In this document: positions 1 through 8,839 of the stretch, piece by piece | How the letters are laid out: each line of letters begins with the position of its first letter | Position numbering within the stretch: position 1 is the stretch's first letter | Assembly: GCF_000253055.1 (NCBI RefSeq) | Contig: NC_016070.1 | Location: 930,001-962,000, forward strand | Source of the DNA: Thermoproteus tenax Kra 1 | GTDB lineage: Archaea > Thermoproteota > Thermoprotei > Thermoproteales > Thermoproteaceae | Direction of reading: 5' to 3' | Length of the DNA: 32,000 nt | Translations under genes and position numbers: made by a program | Notes under the pieces: generated by a model | Database searches by the model: none | Seen by the model: the letters and a program-made list of their open reading frames with translations, nothing else | What the model was told of the DNA's origin: nothing

Positions 1-510
1 AACCTCGATCGCTTTCCCTCCGTCGACTAACAACGCCGTCGGCACTCCAGAGACGACGGCTCCGAGCGCCAGTGCGTATTCGTGCGCGAGCTCGTAGGCG
101 AGCTCCGGATCGCCGGCCAGCCTGCCCAATTTGGCCCCCAAGCAGTCCCCGAGCCGCCCGAACTTGGCCTCGGCGATCTCCAACTGCCTCTGTATGGCCT
201 TACGTTCATCTCTGACCTCCGAGGTCACTCTGAATAGCTCCAAGAGATATTTCACTCTCTCCGCCGGCTCGTCCACGCAGAAGGCGGACGCGTTGACGAG
301 GTAGCTTCCCTCCGCCGTCTTCACCTCGCCTAGATCTTTCCATATAGAGTAGTGCACGGGCAGATAGACAAGCTCGAAGTAGGCGCCTGAGGAGAGCAGC
401 TCGTGCCAAACGTTCAGAGCAGCTCTGGCGCAGAACGGGCAGTTCACGTCGTAGAACTCGACTAAGTAGGGGTTGTCCCTCTCGCCCACCCTAGTGACTA
501 AGGCGTCCAT
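1..510 (-). CDS. DsbA/thioredoxin-like oxidoreductase, C-terminus cut off by window edge
   Basis: My translation of the minus strand from ATG at 510 stays open to base 1: MDALVTRVGERDNPYLVEFYDVNCPFCARAALNVWHELL... with a CPFC (CxxC) motif near the N-terminus and GVPTALLVDG (cis-Pro-like) near the C-terminus. Not in the supplied ORF track because it runs off the edge. Confidence 0.75.
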   Translation of the reverse strand, partial: MDALVTRVGERDNPYLVEFYDVNCPFCARAALNVWHELLSSGAYFELVYLPVHYSIWKDLGEVKTAEGSYLVNASAFCVDEPAERVKYLLELFRVTSEVRDERKAIQRQLEIAEAKFGRLGDCLGAKLGRLAGDPELAYELAHEYALALGAVVSGVPTALLVDGGKAIEV

Positions 511-607
511 GGAAAACTTGAGTGGTTCTGAAGTATATTAGTTTTCGGCCGCGGCTGCGCCTAGACAATTGGTTGCAAGAAATTAATTTCCATGTGAACT
601 TTCGTTT

Positions 608-1558
608 GTGGTGAGAGTAGTTGTAGTGGGGGGAGGCATCGCCGGCATCTACTTTGCACACCGCCTCTTGCAGTCCACTAAGGCCGAGGTAATCTTGGTG
701 GAGCCCAAGCCCCATCATGAGTTCGTCATAGGTATACCTATGGCCTACGGAGGGCTCTTGTCCTTCAAAGAGCTCCTTTTCCCCCTCTCGGGCCTCAAGA
801 GGGTGAAACACGTGGCGGACGCCGCGGCGGGCGTAGAGGGGACCTGCGTGAGGCTCAGGGGAAGCGCCAACGTCTGCGGCGACTATTTGGTGTTAGCGCC
901 CGGCTCATATAAGGTGGGGACCGCCGAGTACTGGAGCGTCGAGGGCTCCGAGAGACTCTTTGAGAGGATAAAGCCGGCGAGGGCCGTGAGGTTCGTGGTG
1001 AGCGAGTATACGCCGGTGATAGGGTTTCAAGAGCTCGCGTACGCCCTCAAGGCGCGCTTCCCCGAGAAGGAGGTCTCGGTGCACTTAGTCTACGTGTCCA
1101 ACGACTACATCTTCCTCCTGGAGCCCTGGAAGGCCAAGGCCAAGGAGATAGGCGTAGAGGTCAGCGAGGATCCGCCGCCGGCGAAGCCCAGCGGCGAGGT
1201 CCACATCTCGGTCCCCGCCGTGAGGCCCCACCCGCTCGCCGTGGGCCTTGAGGTCAAGCCGGAGACCCTTGAGACTCAGTACGAGAGGGTCTTCCTCATA
1301 GGCGACTCCTCCCTCCTCAAGCTCAGACTGCCGCCGATAGGCTGGGGCTCTCTGTGGCAAGCGTCCCTTGCAGCTCAGGCAGTGGCCTCGGAGATCGAGA
1401 GGGGGTACGTGGAGGTCCGACCAGACGAGTGGACGGCCAACACAGACCCCGAGTCCTTCAAACGCTGGCTCACCTACCGCATGACCACGGGCACTCCGCT
1501 GGTGCATCTGAAGGGTCTGTACGAGATATGGGCCAAGAGGGTTATCTCCTCTCTGTAG
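608..1558 (+). CDS. NAD(P)/FAD-dependent oxidoreductase (NADH dehydrogenase / sulfide:quinone reductase-like fold)
   Basis: GTG start; N-terminal Rossmann motif VVVVGGGIAGIYFAHRL, HHEF segment, C-terminal VFLIGDSS FAD-binding motif. Confidence 0.7.
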   Translation: MVRVVVVGGGIAGIYFAHRLLQSTKAEVILVEPKPHHEFVIGIPMAYGGLLSFKELLFPLSGLKRVKHVADAAAGVEGTCVRLRGSANVCGDYLVLAPGSYKVGTAEYWSVEGSERLFERIKPARAVRFVVSEYTPVIGFQELAYALKARFPEKEVSVHLVYVSNDYIFLLEPWKAKAKEIGVEVSEDPPPAKPSGEVHISVPAVRPHPLAVGLEVKPETLETQYERVFLIGDSSLLKLRLPPIGWGSLWQASLAAQAVASEIERGYVEVRPDEWTANTDPESFKRWLTYRMTTGTPLVHLKGLYEIWAKRVISSL

Positions 1559-1643
1559 TCCCCCAGGAGATCTGAATCAGACGCGCGGCCCCACATTAAG
1601 GCGGTTCCGTCATAGCTTAAAAGGGGGATACTGTAGCCTTAAC

Positions 1644-2786
1644 GTGTGGGAGCAGCTTCAACTGGCGTGGTCAGCGTTGTGGGAGCGGAGAGGAAGGACT
1701 CTTGGGGCAATCGCGGGGATAGTGATAGCGTATATAGCGCTCACCTTTGCGCTGTCTGTCGGCAACGCCTTCCGTATCTCGAGCATACGGTTGTTCCAAG
1801 CTCTGGGCACCAACAACGTCTTCCTCGTGGGCTCGTTCACTGACGCAGACGTGGCCTCTGTGAAGGTTTATACGGCCCCCTACGCTCTGGCGGTGATCCC
1901 AGTATCCGGGGCTCTGGGCTCCATAAGGCTCCCCAACGGGAAGATAGAGGGCGTGAATATATACGGAGTGCCCGCCCAAGACGTGAAATATCTATTGCCT
2001 CCGTCGTCTCTGGCTCTGGGGACGAACGCAGTTGGAGGCGGCCTGGCGATAGTGGGGTACTACGTCGCGTTTGACAGAGACACGGGCGCACAGCTGTTGG
2101 CGCCGGGGTACCCTATAGTGTTAGACTACGGAGGCAAGTCCTATAACTTAGTCGTCTCGGGAGTCCTATCTCTGGAACATCCAGGCATCTTGAACACTGT
2201 GACGTCAGTGGTGTTGGACGAGGCGCAGTTTAAGTCCATCACGGGCGTGGACACATATCAGATAATCGTTGTAACTCTCAGAGACTCTAGCTACATCGAG
2301 AGAGTCCAGTCTCTGTTGAAGGCCGTCTATCCCAACGCGCAGGTGATCACGTTGGCATCGTTAGTTCAGACGATAAACCAGTTCTTCCTCGGCCTAGAGG
2401 TGTTCCTCGGCCTGGTCCCGGGCGTGTCCAGTGTGATAACTGCTCTGTGGCTCTACGACACAATGACTATATCGGTGTTACAGAGGACTAAGGAGTTCGG
2501 CATTCTGAGGGCCATAGGCTTCAAGAGCAGACAGATAACCGCCCTGGTCTTGTACGAGGCCATCATAATAGCCTTAATGGGCATAGGCGTGGGCGCCGTC
2601 CTCCTCGCGCCACTGAGCTTAGTTCCAATATCGTTCTTTCCAGGGATGCCGTTGCGCGTGACTCCGCCGCTCCACATAGCGCTGGCCACTGCATCGTTGG
2701 TGCTCGCCGTGAACGCGCTGGGAGCGCTCGCGCCTGCCGTGAGGGCCGGCAGACTCAACATAGTGGAGGCCCTCAGATACGAGTGA
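1644..2786 (+). CDS. ABC transporter permease, FtsX/MacB-like
   Basis: GTG start; N-terminal TM segment, long extracytoplasmic domain, C-terminal TM segments with LQRTKEFGILRAIGFKSRQI signature. TATA-like TTAAAAGG about 24 nt upstream. Confidence 0.75.
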   Translation: MWEQLQLAWSALWERRGRTLGAIAGIVIAYIALTFALSVGNAFRISSIRLFQALGTNNVFLVGSFTDADVASVKVYTAPYALAVIPVSGALGSIRLPNGKIEGVNIYGVPAQDVKYLLPPSSLALGTNAVGGGLAIVGYYVAFDRDTGAQLLAPGYPIVLDYGGKSYNLVVSGVLSLEHPGILNTVTSVVLDEAQFKSITGVDTYQIIVVTLRDSSYIERVQSLLKAVYPNAQVITLASLVQTINQFFLGLEVFLGLVPGVSSVITALWLYDTMTISVLQRTKEFGILRAIGFKSRQITALVLYEAIIIALMGIGVGAVLLAPLSLVPISFFPGMPLRVTPPLHIALATASLVLAVNALGALAPAVRAGRLNIVEALRYE

Positions 2787-3865
2787 GGCGTATGTACGAC
2801 TTAGTGATAGTCGGCGCTGGGCCCGCGGGGGCCTCCGCCGCCATAGCGGCGAGACGGCTAGGCCTGAGCGCCCTCGTAGTAGATAGATTCAAACCGCCCA
2901 GGGAGAAGCCTTGTGGCGGCGGCCTCACGCCGAGGTCTTGGAAGCTCCTAGAGCGGCTCGGAGTTGAATACAAATGGTACGGGGAGTGTAGGGAGATCAG
3001 GGTGAAGGTTGCCGATATAAAGTACGTGCACAGAGGCGAGCCCATCAGAGTGACCAGAAGGCCTGAGTTCGACAAGATGCTCTTGGAGCAGTCCGGGGCC
3101 GACTTCGTTGTGGACAGAGTGGTGAAGGCGGAGGCAGGCCGAGTGATAGGCGAGAGGGGGACATACGAGGGCCGCGTCGTGGTTGGCGCAGACGGAGCCA
3201 ACAGCGCTGTGGCGAGATCGCTCGGAGTTCCTCCGCCGGGGCCTAGGACGCACGGCATTGCGTTCATGTCAATAGCGCAAGGGGACTTGGGCGACACGTG
3301 CATAATAGATTTCGACTTCGCCTACGAGACGACGGGCGCCCCCGGCTACGCCTGGGCCTTCACAGTTGGCGAGAGGGGAGTTGACGTAGGCATCGGCATA
3401 GGCTGGTCCCCCTGGAGGGACCTAAGAGGACCCCTCCTCAAGTGGGCCGAGCAGCTGGGGCTTAAGCCTGGCGGAGTCTTGGGGCATCCCCTCAGCCTGG
3501 GCTCAGTGGAGAGCTTGGGCAGAGAGAACGTGCTCTTAGCTGGAGAGGCCGCCGGGCTTGTCGACGCATCGACAGGCGAGGGGATATACTACGCCGTAGC
3601 CTCTGGCGCTCTGGCCGCGTTTGCCGCATATATCGCCGTTAAGGTGAGGGGGAGGCCGCGCGAGGCCCTCTCGATATACTCAGAGTTGGTGAAGCCCTAT
3701 GTGGACGAAGTGAGGAGGAGCAGACTCATAGGGCGCTTCCTCTCCAAGTTCGGCTACAATAAGACGGTGGCCCGCGCCCTGGGGAGGCGGTTAGTGGAAC
3801 TGTACACCAAGGTGACCTCAGGCGAGGCTACCTACGGCCTTATCCCCATCAAGCCTAAGGGCTGA
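2783..3865 (+). CDS. Geranylgeranyl reductase family FAD-dependent oxidoreductase
   Basis: DLVIVGAGPAGASAAIAARRLG, KPCGGGLTPRSW, GADGANSAVARSLG, LLAGEAAGLVDASTGEGIYYA motifs; start overlaps the permease stop. Confidence 0.85.
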   Translation: MRRMYDLVIVGAGPAGASAAIAARRLGLSALVVDRFKPPREKPCGGGLTPRSWKLLERLGVEYKWYGECREIRVKVADIKYVHRGEPIRVTRRPEFDKMLLEQSGADFVVDRVVKAEAGRVIGERGTYEGRVVVGADGANSAVARSLGVPPPGPRTHGIAFMSIAQGDLGDTCIIDFDFAYETTGAPGYAWAFTVGERGVDVGIGIGWSPWRDLRGPLLKWAEQLGLKPGGVLGHPLSLGSVESLGRENVLLAGEAAGLVDASTGEGIYYAVASGALAAFAAYIAVKVRGRPREALSIYSELVKPYVDEVRRSRLIGRFLSKFGYNKTVARALGRRLVELYTKVTSGEATYGLIPIKPKG

Positions 3866-4675
3866 GGCGCCCCCCAAGGAGGGAAGGAACCGCTTGGTCT
3901 TCAGACCCGCCGACCTCAGACACTCCTCGGCGTAGTCGGCCTCGTCGGAGCGCGTGAGGAACACCAGAACGCCCTTCTTCACATAGAGGGCGTCCCCATA
4001 CCTCAGACACCCAGCGGCGCGGGCCTTCAGCTCTCTGTTGAGGAATCCCACCTCCTCCGAGAACTCCATGCTGGCCCTTGCGAAGGTCTCGTACGTGGGA
4101 TCTGCGAAGATCTTGCGCAGATACTTAGGCGCAATGGACGAGAGCTTATCGGAGAGCGCCCTCAACATCTCCGGCGTCGGAATCTTGTTCAACTCCGACG
4201 TGAGGACGACGAGGTCGCGCGGAGGATCTATCCTCTCGACGCGGCCCACGCCGGGGGCTCCCGGCGATGTCCTCAGCTCGATGCCTCCCCCGTGGAACTC
4301 CGCTATTACGTCGCCCAAGCCAGTCCTTAGCTCCACTTCCACTATGTGCGCGATCTGGGCGGCCTCCAAGGGCGTTCTGCCCAAGAGGGCTGCCAACCCC
4401 AAGGCGGTCCCCAGCGCGAGGGCGCCGCTGAGGCCGTAGCCGTATCCGAGCTCGACGGGCGATCTGTAGCTGGCCGAGGCCGAGGCTCCCATCAGTGAGA
4501 TCACCCTCTGGATGTGCGGCAGATCGACGGGGCCGGGGCCGAGCCGCACGTACACCTCGGCGCCGGGCTCGAGGAGGACGCCGCACCCCACGGAGCCTGT
4601 GGCGAGCGGGTCGTCGGCGTAATGAGGGAGCCATATGCTGGTGACGTGCAGGGGGACTCTAGCCACTGCCGACAT
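3818..4675 (-). CDS. Pantoate kinase (archaeal GHMP-family PoK)
   Basis: Sequence resembles archaeal pantoate kinase (VPLHVTSIWLPHYADDPLATGSVGCGV..., GYGLSGALALGTALG GHMP-like loop); adjacent to phosphopantothenate synthetase and panE. Confidence 0.82.
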   Translation of the reverse strand: MSAVARVPLHVTSIWLPHYADDPLATGSVGCGVLLEPGAEVYVRLGPGPVDLPHIQRVISLMGASASASYRSPVELGYGYGLSGALALGTALGLAALLGRTPLEAAQIAHIVEVELRTGLGDVIAEFHGGGIELRTSPGAPGVGRVERIDPPRDLVVLTSELNKIPTPEMLRALSDKLSSIAPKYLRKIFADPTYETFARASMEFSEEVGFLNRELKARAAGCLRYGDALYVKKGVLVFLTRSDEADYAEECLRSAGLKTKRFLPSLGGASALRLDGDKAVGSLA

Positions 4676-5453
4676 CGAACTGCAGGGCGACGCCCCTCTG
4701 GGACAGCTCCGCGAGCCTGCGCGCTATATGCTCCAAGACCTTCCTCAAGTTTGCATCGTTGTCGAAATTCTTTACTATAGACAAGAGCTCCTCCCTGGGA
4801 AGCCCCTTGAGCTCTGCGGCGAACTTGGCAATGTTGGGGAGCGCCCTCACGACGTTGTCCACTATTGTTATCGAGGCGGCTCTGGAGGTCCTCGATAGCG
4901 GGTTTAAGTCAACGGCCACGACAGTCTTGCCCATCCTTCTAAGCGCCTCGGTCCTATCGCCGTCCTCCAGAGGGACCAACACGACGTCTGCGGCGTAGAT
5001 CCCCCGGCAGGAGACGCGCCTCCTCTCACTGAAGAGCTCAGGTATTGTACAGGCGGCGTCCTCCCCCACTCCTAAGACCTCGGCAGCGCCGGCCCTCTTC
5101 AACACGGCCTCTATCTGCCTCTCCCTCTCGGGAGTTCTATAGAAGAGGTTCACCTCGATCCTCGCTCCGACTATCCTCGCCAGCTCCACCACGGCCTCGG
5201 GCGCCAGCGCCGCCACGTTGCCGTTCACCGATATCACGGGGAGCTGGGCCGAGAGCAACGCGGCTGCGGCCGCGCGCTCTGCCTCCAGCGCAGGCGGCGG
5301 AGTCTCCTCGCCTATTAGGTAGTCGAAGCACTCCCCTCTGCCGTGGGCTATGAGGCCCTGCAGCGCTACGTACCCCTCGCGTACTCCCTCGACGACTTTC
5401 TCCCTCATCAGCAGAGACGTCCTCCTCGGATGGTTGGGCGGGATCCACTCCAC
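4659..5453 (-). CDS. 4-phosphopantoate--beta-alanine ligase (archaeal phosphopantothenate synthetase)
   Basis: NHPRRTSLLMREKVVEGVREGYVALQGLIAHGRGECFDYLIGEET..., ISVNGNVAAL typical of the DUF137/PPS family; overlaps the pantoate kinase start. Confidence 0.88.
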   Translation of the reverse strand: MEWIPPNHPRRTSLLMREKVVEGVREGYVALQGLIAHGRGECFDYLIGEETPPPALEAERAAAAALLSAQLPVISVNGNVAALAPEAVVELARIVGARIEVNLFYRTPERERQIEAVLKRAGAAEVLGVGEDAACTIPELFSERRRVSCRGIYAADVVLVPLEDGDRTEALRRMGKTVVAVDLNPLSRTSRAASITIVDNVVRALPNIAKFAAELKGLPREELLSIVKNFDNDANLRKVLEHIARRLAELSQRGVALQFDVGSG

Positions 5454-5465
5454 GGCTAGAGAAGG

Positions 5466-6305
5466 TCAGGGTAATAAAGCAGTGCGCCGCCCCTCAAGGG
5501 CCTTCACCAAACGCCATAGCGTCTCGTTGACAGGCGTGGGGACGCCGAGCTCCCTCCCCCTCCTCACTATGGCGCCGTTTATGTAGTCCACCTCGGTACG
5601 TCCCCCTCTCGCAACGTCTTGATACATAGAGGAGAGGTTCCACCTCGTGGCGGCGGCCACTCTGAAGGTCTCCTCGACGGGGTCGCCCGGCAGACGCACC
5701 CCCGAGCGAGATGCGACCTCGCCCCCCTCCCGCGCGGCGGCCTCGGCAACGGCCCTCGCCCAAGGGTCCTCGACCACGACCCCGTTGGGCGCCCTCAGAA
5801 GGGCAGTAACGGGGTTTATTGCCGCGTTCACTATCGTTTTAAGCCAGCGGTAGGGGCCCACGTCGGGGACCGCTCTGACGTTGGCCCCTCCGTTCCTCAA
5901 GTCGTCCACGAGCCTCCCGGCATCCTCCGGCAGTATGATCTCCCCCGCGCCCCTCACCTCTACTACATCGCTAGACCTATAGGCCCCGTACGTCACAACT
6001 GCGCCGAGCCCCTTCCCGTATCTCTCCACCACTAGCTCTAGACCGCCGATCCCATTCTGGAAGATCACCGGTACACCTCTGATGTGCGGCAACACGCCCT
6101 CTGTATCGTAGGCCTTGACTGCAACTAGGGTGTACTCAACATCGGGGACCTCGTCCACGTAGGCCACGTCCAGCGTATAGGTCTCGCCGCCCCAGACCAC
6201 GCGTCTGACTCTACTTCTGGCCAAGACGTACGGCCTATGGCCAGCTCTGTTGAGGAACAACGCAAGGAGGGAGCCCACGGCCCCCAGCCCTATTATTGCA
6301 TACAC
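5466..6305 (-). CDS. panE: 2-dehydropantoate 2-reductase
   Basis: N-terminal MYAIIGLGAVGSLLALFLNRAGH, KAYDT, FQNGIGGLE, KTIVNAAINPVTAL motifs. Confidence 0.88.
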   Translation of the reverse strand: MYAIIGLGAVGSLLALFLNRAGHRPYVLARSRVRRVVWGGETYTLDVAYVDEVPDVEYTLVAVKAYDTEGVLPHIRGVPVIFQNGIGGLELVVERYGKGLGAVVTYGAYRSSDVVEVRGAGEIILPEDAGRLVDDLRNGGANVRAVPDVGPYRWLKTIVNAAINPVTALLRAPNGVVVEDPWARAVAEAAAREGGEVASRSGVRLPGDPVEETFRVAAATRWNLSSMYQDVARGGRTEVDYINGAIVRRGRELGVPTPVNETLWRLVKALEGRRTALLP

Positions 6306-6449
6306 GTAGACTAATACTGGGGGATCTTAAAGGGTCTAGCCGGAAGACCGGAGCATATCCGCGGAGATCGCCCCATTATTACCTATAGGCACATACTTTA
6401 TGACTGATATTTTCGAAAAATTTAAATAAGGGATATTTTTCCCTAAGAT

Positions 6450-7538
6450 ATGACTAACAAGAGCTATAAAGGACGCTTCGAAATAGCATTATTTTATATA
6501 TCAATAGCAATAATAACTGCACTTTTAATGATATGGTTATATAATTTATCAATAAGAGCTCAGAATATATCTGTAAATATAAGAGGCCAATCTGTCAGCT
6601 TATTTGCCCTAGGGACTTTAGCATATCTTTTTGGTCTAAGACATGGGCTCGACGCAGACCACTTGGCGGCCATAGACAACAGCACTAGGAAGCTGGTACA
6701 AGAGGGCAAAAATGCTAGATGGACCGGCTTGTTCTTCTCTTTGGGCCATTCTACGGTGGTCATACTGCTCTCTGCGACGTTGATGGTCGCTACTAGATAT
6801 ATAATCAGCGAGATACCGACCCTGGAGAACATCGGCTCAATAATAGGGACTCTGATCAGCGGAGTATTTCTCTATATAATCGGCTTGTTAAACTTCCTAG
6901 TCTTCTTCGAGATATATGAAATATTCAGGCGCATGAGGTCTGGGGAGCTCGACGAGGCGAGGCTCAACGAGCTCCTCTTGAAGAGAGGCTTCTTAGCGCG
7001 CTATTTCAACCCGCTCTTCAAGATAGTAGACAGAGCGTGGTATATGTACCCCATTGGCTTTCTATTTGGTCTCGGCTTTGAAACGGCGTCTGAGACAGCC
7101 TTGCTCGCTATTTCGGCTGCATCAGCCGGCGTCTTTAAAGAGATCCCTCTGTGGAATCTGTTAGTATTTCCATTCTTATTTGCGGCAGGCATGGCCCTGG
7201 TGGACGGCACCGACGGCTTCTTTATGTCGAGCGCCTACGGTTGGGCCTTCTCAAACCCGCTACGTAAAGTGTGGTACAATCTCACTATGACCATAATATC
7301 GGTCATGGTGGCATGGGTAGTCGGCACGTTGGAGCTCCTCGGCTTGATTCAGTCCGAGTTTAATTTGTCCGGCCCATTCTGGGACTGGATAGCTTGGATA
7401 AACGGCGATTATGCGTGGGGCATAATGGGCGTATTCATAGTAGCCCTCTTCGCCGTTACGTGGACCATATCAATAGCTATATATAAGCTCAGGGGGTACA
7501 AGGTCTTGGCTGCAAGTCAACAGCCCGCTCAATCTTGA
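6450..7538 (+). CDS. NiCoT-family nickel/cobalt transporter
   Basis: Multi-TM protein with FGLRHGLDADHLAAIDN (HX4DH signature) and LGFETASETALLAI. Confidence 0.88.
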   Translation: MTNKSYKGRFEIALFYISIAIITALLMIWLYNLSIRAQNISVNIRGQSVSLFALGTLAYLFGLRHGLDADHLAAIDNSTRKLVQEGKNARWTGLFFSLGHSTVVILLSATLMVATRYIISEIPTLENIGSIIGTLISGVFLYIIGLLNFLVFFEIYEIFRRMRSGELDEARLNELLLKRGFLARYFNPLFKIVDRAWYMYPIGFLFGLGFETASETALLAISAASAGVFKEIPLWNLLVFPFLFAAGMALVDGTDGFFMSSAYGWAFSNPLRKVWYNLTMTIISVMVAWVVGTLELLGLIQSEFNLSGPFWDWIAWINGDYAWGIMGVFIVALFAVTWTISIAIYKLRGYKVLAASQQPAQS

Positions 7539-7577
7539 CAAGACCTTTTTTAACGCGCTAATTTTGCCCTAAGCGCC

Positions 7578-7910
7578 TCAAGCCAACAGCCTCTGCACGG
7601 CCTCCACAAAATCCACGATCTTGTAGACGTCTCTATCGGCGTCATACACGAGGAGCTGTCCATCGGAGCCCCTCAGCAGAAAGTACCTCAGCTCTGGATC
7701 GTGAGCCACATACGGGAGCAGAGATCCGAACATAGACACAAGCTCGTTAGCCGCAACAGCGTAACACACCTCCTTCTTCTTGCCCTTAGCTACACAATCT
7801 TGAAAACGGCCTCTGATGCCTCTGAGGCCGTCCCTCAACATGTCGATCTTGAGATCTCTAGGTGAGATCCCGTCGTCCATTCTAAACATGGAGGAGGAAC
7901 CGGAGCCCAT
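7578..7910 (-). CDS. Hypothetical protein of about 100 aa (start likely Met at 7889)
   Basis: Minus-strand ORF MFRMDDGISPRDLKIDMLRDGLRGIRG...; TATA-like CTATTAAATGG lies about 22-25 nt upstream of the internal Met at 7889. No family recognised. Confidence 0.5.
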   Translation of the reverse strand: MGSGSSSMFRMDDGISPRDLKIDMLRDGLRGIRGRFQDCVAKGKKKEVCYAVAANELVSMFGSLLPYVAHDPELRYFLLRGSDGQLLVYDADRDVYKIVDFVEAVQRLLA

Positions 7911-8178
7911 TTAATAGTTTGAGCCCACCCTGGGGCGTAGCCGTTGGACGACGCACGAGATAGACCGGCCGTCATACGACGTTGCCCAGAGGAACATTTG
8001 GCGTGGGACTGCCGCTTGCCTCATTTGAAAGACCTCTAAAGGGGCTTGAGGCCAAGGTCTCCGCCGCCAGGACACCGTTCGGGCGCTCCTAGTCGCTCCG
8101 CCGGTCGTAAGGATTTCCCTGCCGTTTGCACGCTACAGATGCGACAAAGCGCTTTTATTTAGATGCGCCTTCGGCTAC

Positions 8179-8637
8179 GTGGCCATAACACTTTCCTCCG
8201 CAGTGGCAGAGCCTCTGAAGAGGGCAGCTGGGGATAGGGATGTAGAGGCCCTTCTCGCAGATCTGTCGGCCGGGAGACTCGACCCCGCCCGAGCGCATCG
8301 AACTATACCTCCGGCTCCACGAGAAGTACCTCAGAGAGGCAGAGGAGCTGTATAGAAGGGGGGATCTTGCACAAGCCGGCGAGGAGTATTGGGGCGCGGT
8401 CGCATCCCTGCTGAACACACTGGCGGAGAAAGGGGGCCCACTACGGCCACAGAGATTACGCAGTGTTGATCGACAAGCTCTACAGAGAGACGAGGGACAG
8501 AGAACTAGTCGCAGGGTTAACCATGGCGGAGAGCCTTCACGCCAACATCTACCACAACTTCTCAAGAGGGCTTTGAAGTACACCGAGAGGCTGTGCTGAA
8601 GCTTGTGGAGAAACTACGACCCCTCCTCGCCACCTGA
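8179..8637 (+). pseudogene. PaREP1-like family protein, disrupted by three frameshifts
   Basis: Concatenating frames gives VAITLSSAVAEPLKRAAGDRDVEALLADLSAGRLD / PPERIELYLRLHEKYLREAEELYRRGDLAQAGEEYWGAVASLLNTLAEKGG / HYGHRDYAVLIDKLYRETRDRELVAGLTMAESLHANIYHNF / FEVHREAVLKLVEKLRPLLAT*. Resembles PaREP1 proteins of Thermoproteales. Confidence 0.75.
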
Positions 8638-8638
8638 A

Positions 8639-8669
8639 GGGCGAGGGCCTCACTGTGAGGGCCTCGCCC
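8639..8669. repeat. Near-perfect inverted repeat (15-nt arms, 1 mismatch, 1-nt spacer)
   Basis: GGGCGAGGGCCTCAC t GTGAGGGCCTCGCCC, starting 2 bp after the pseudogene stop. Confidence 0.7.
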
Positions 8670-8839
8670 GTTGCCCGTGGTTGATGGGCCGCGGCTGGGG
8701 CGGGCATTGTGGCGTCCCCCGCCGGGGCCATTCCGCGCTTGAGTTCGCCCCCGCGCGGCGCCCGCCCTAAGAGGTGAAGTTTATCGTTTATTTTATCAAG
8801 CGGCCGCTGTTCCTACACAGCCGCCCCAATTGTACGCTC

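Noticed and set aside
8155-8583. 142-aa minus-strand ORF
   Set aside because: Antisense to the PaREP1-like pseudogene, whose plus-strand pieces give a family-like protein; the minus translation shows no recognisable features.
8733-8760. Possible tRNA T-arm-like GAGTTCGCCCCC
   Set aside because: No matching acceptor stem, anticodon arm or conserved T-loop sequence around it.
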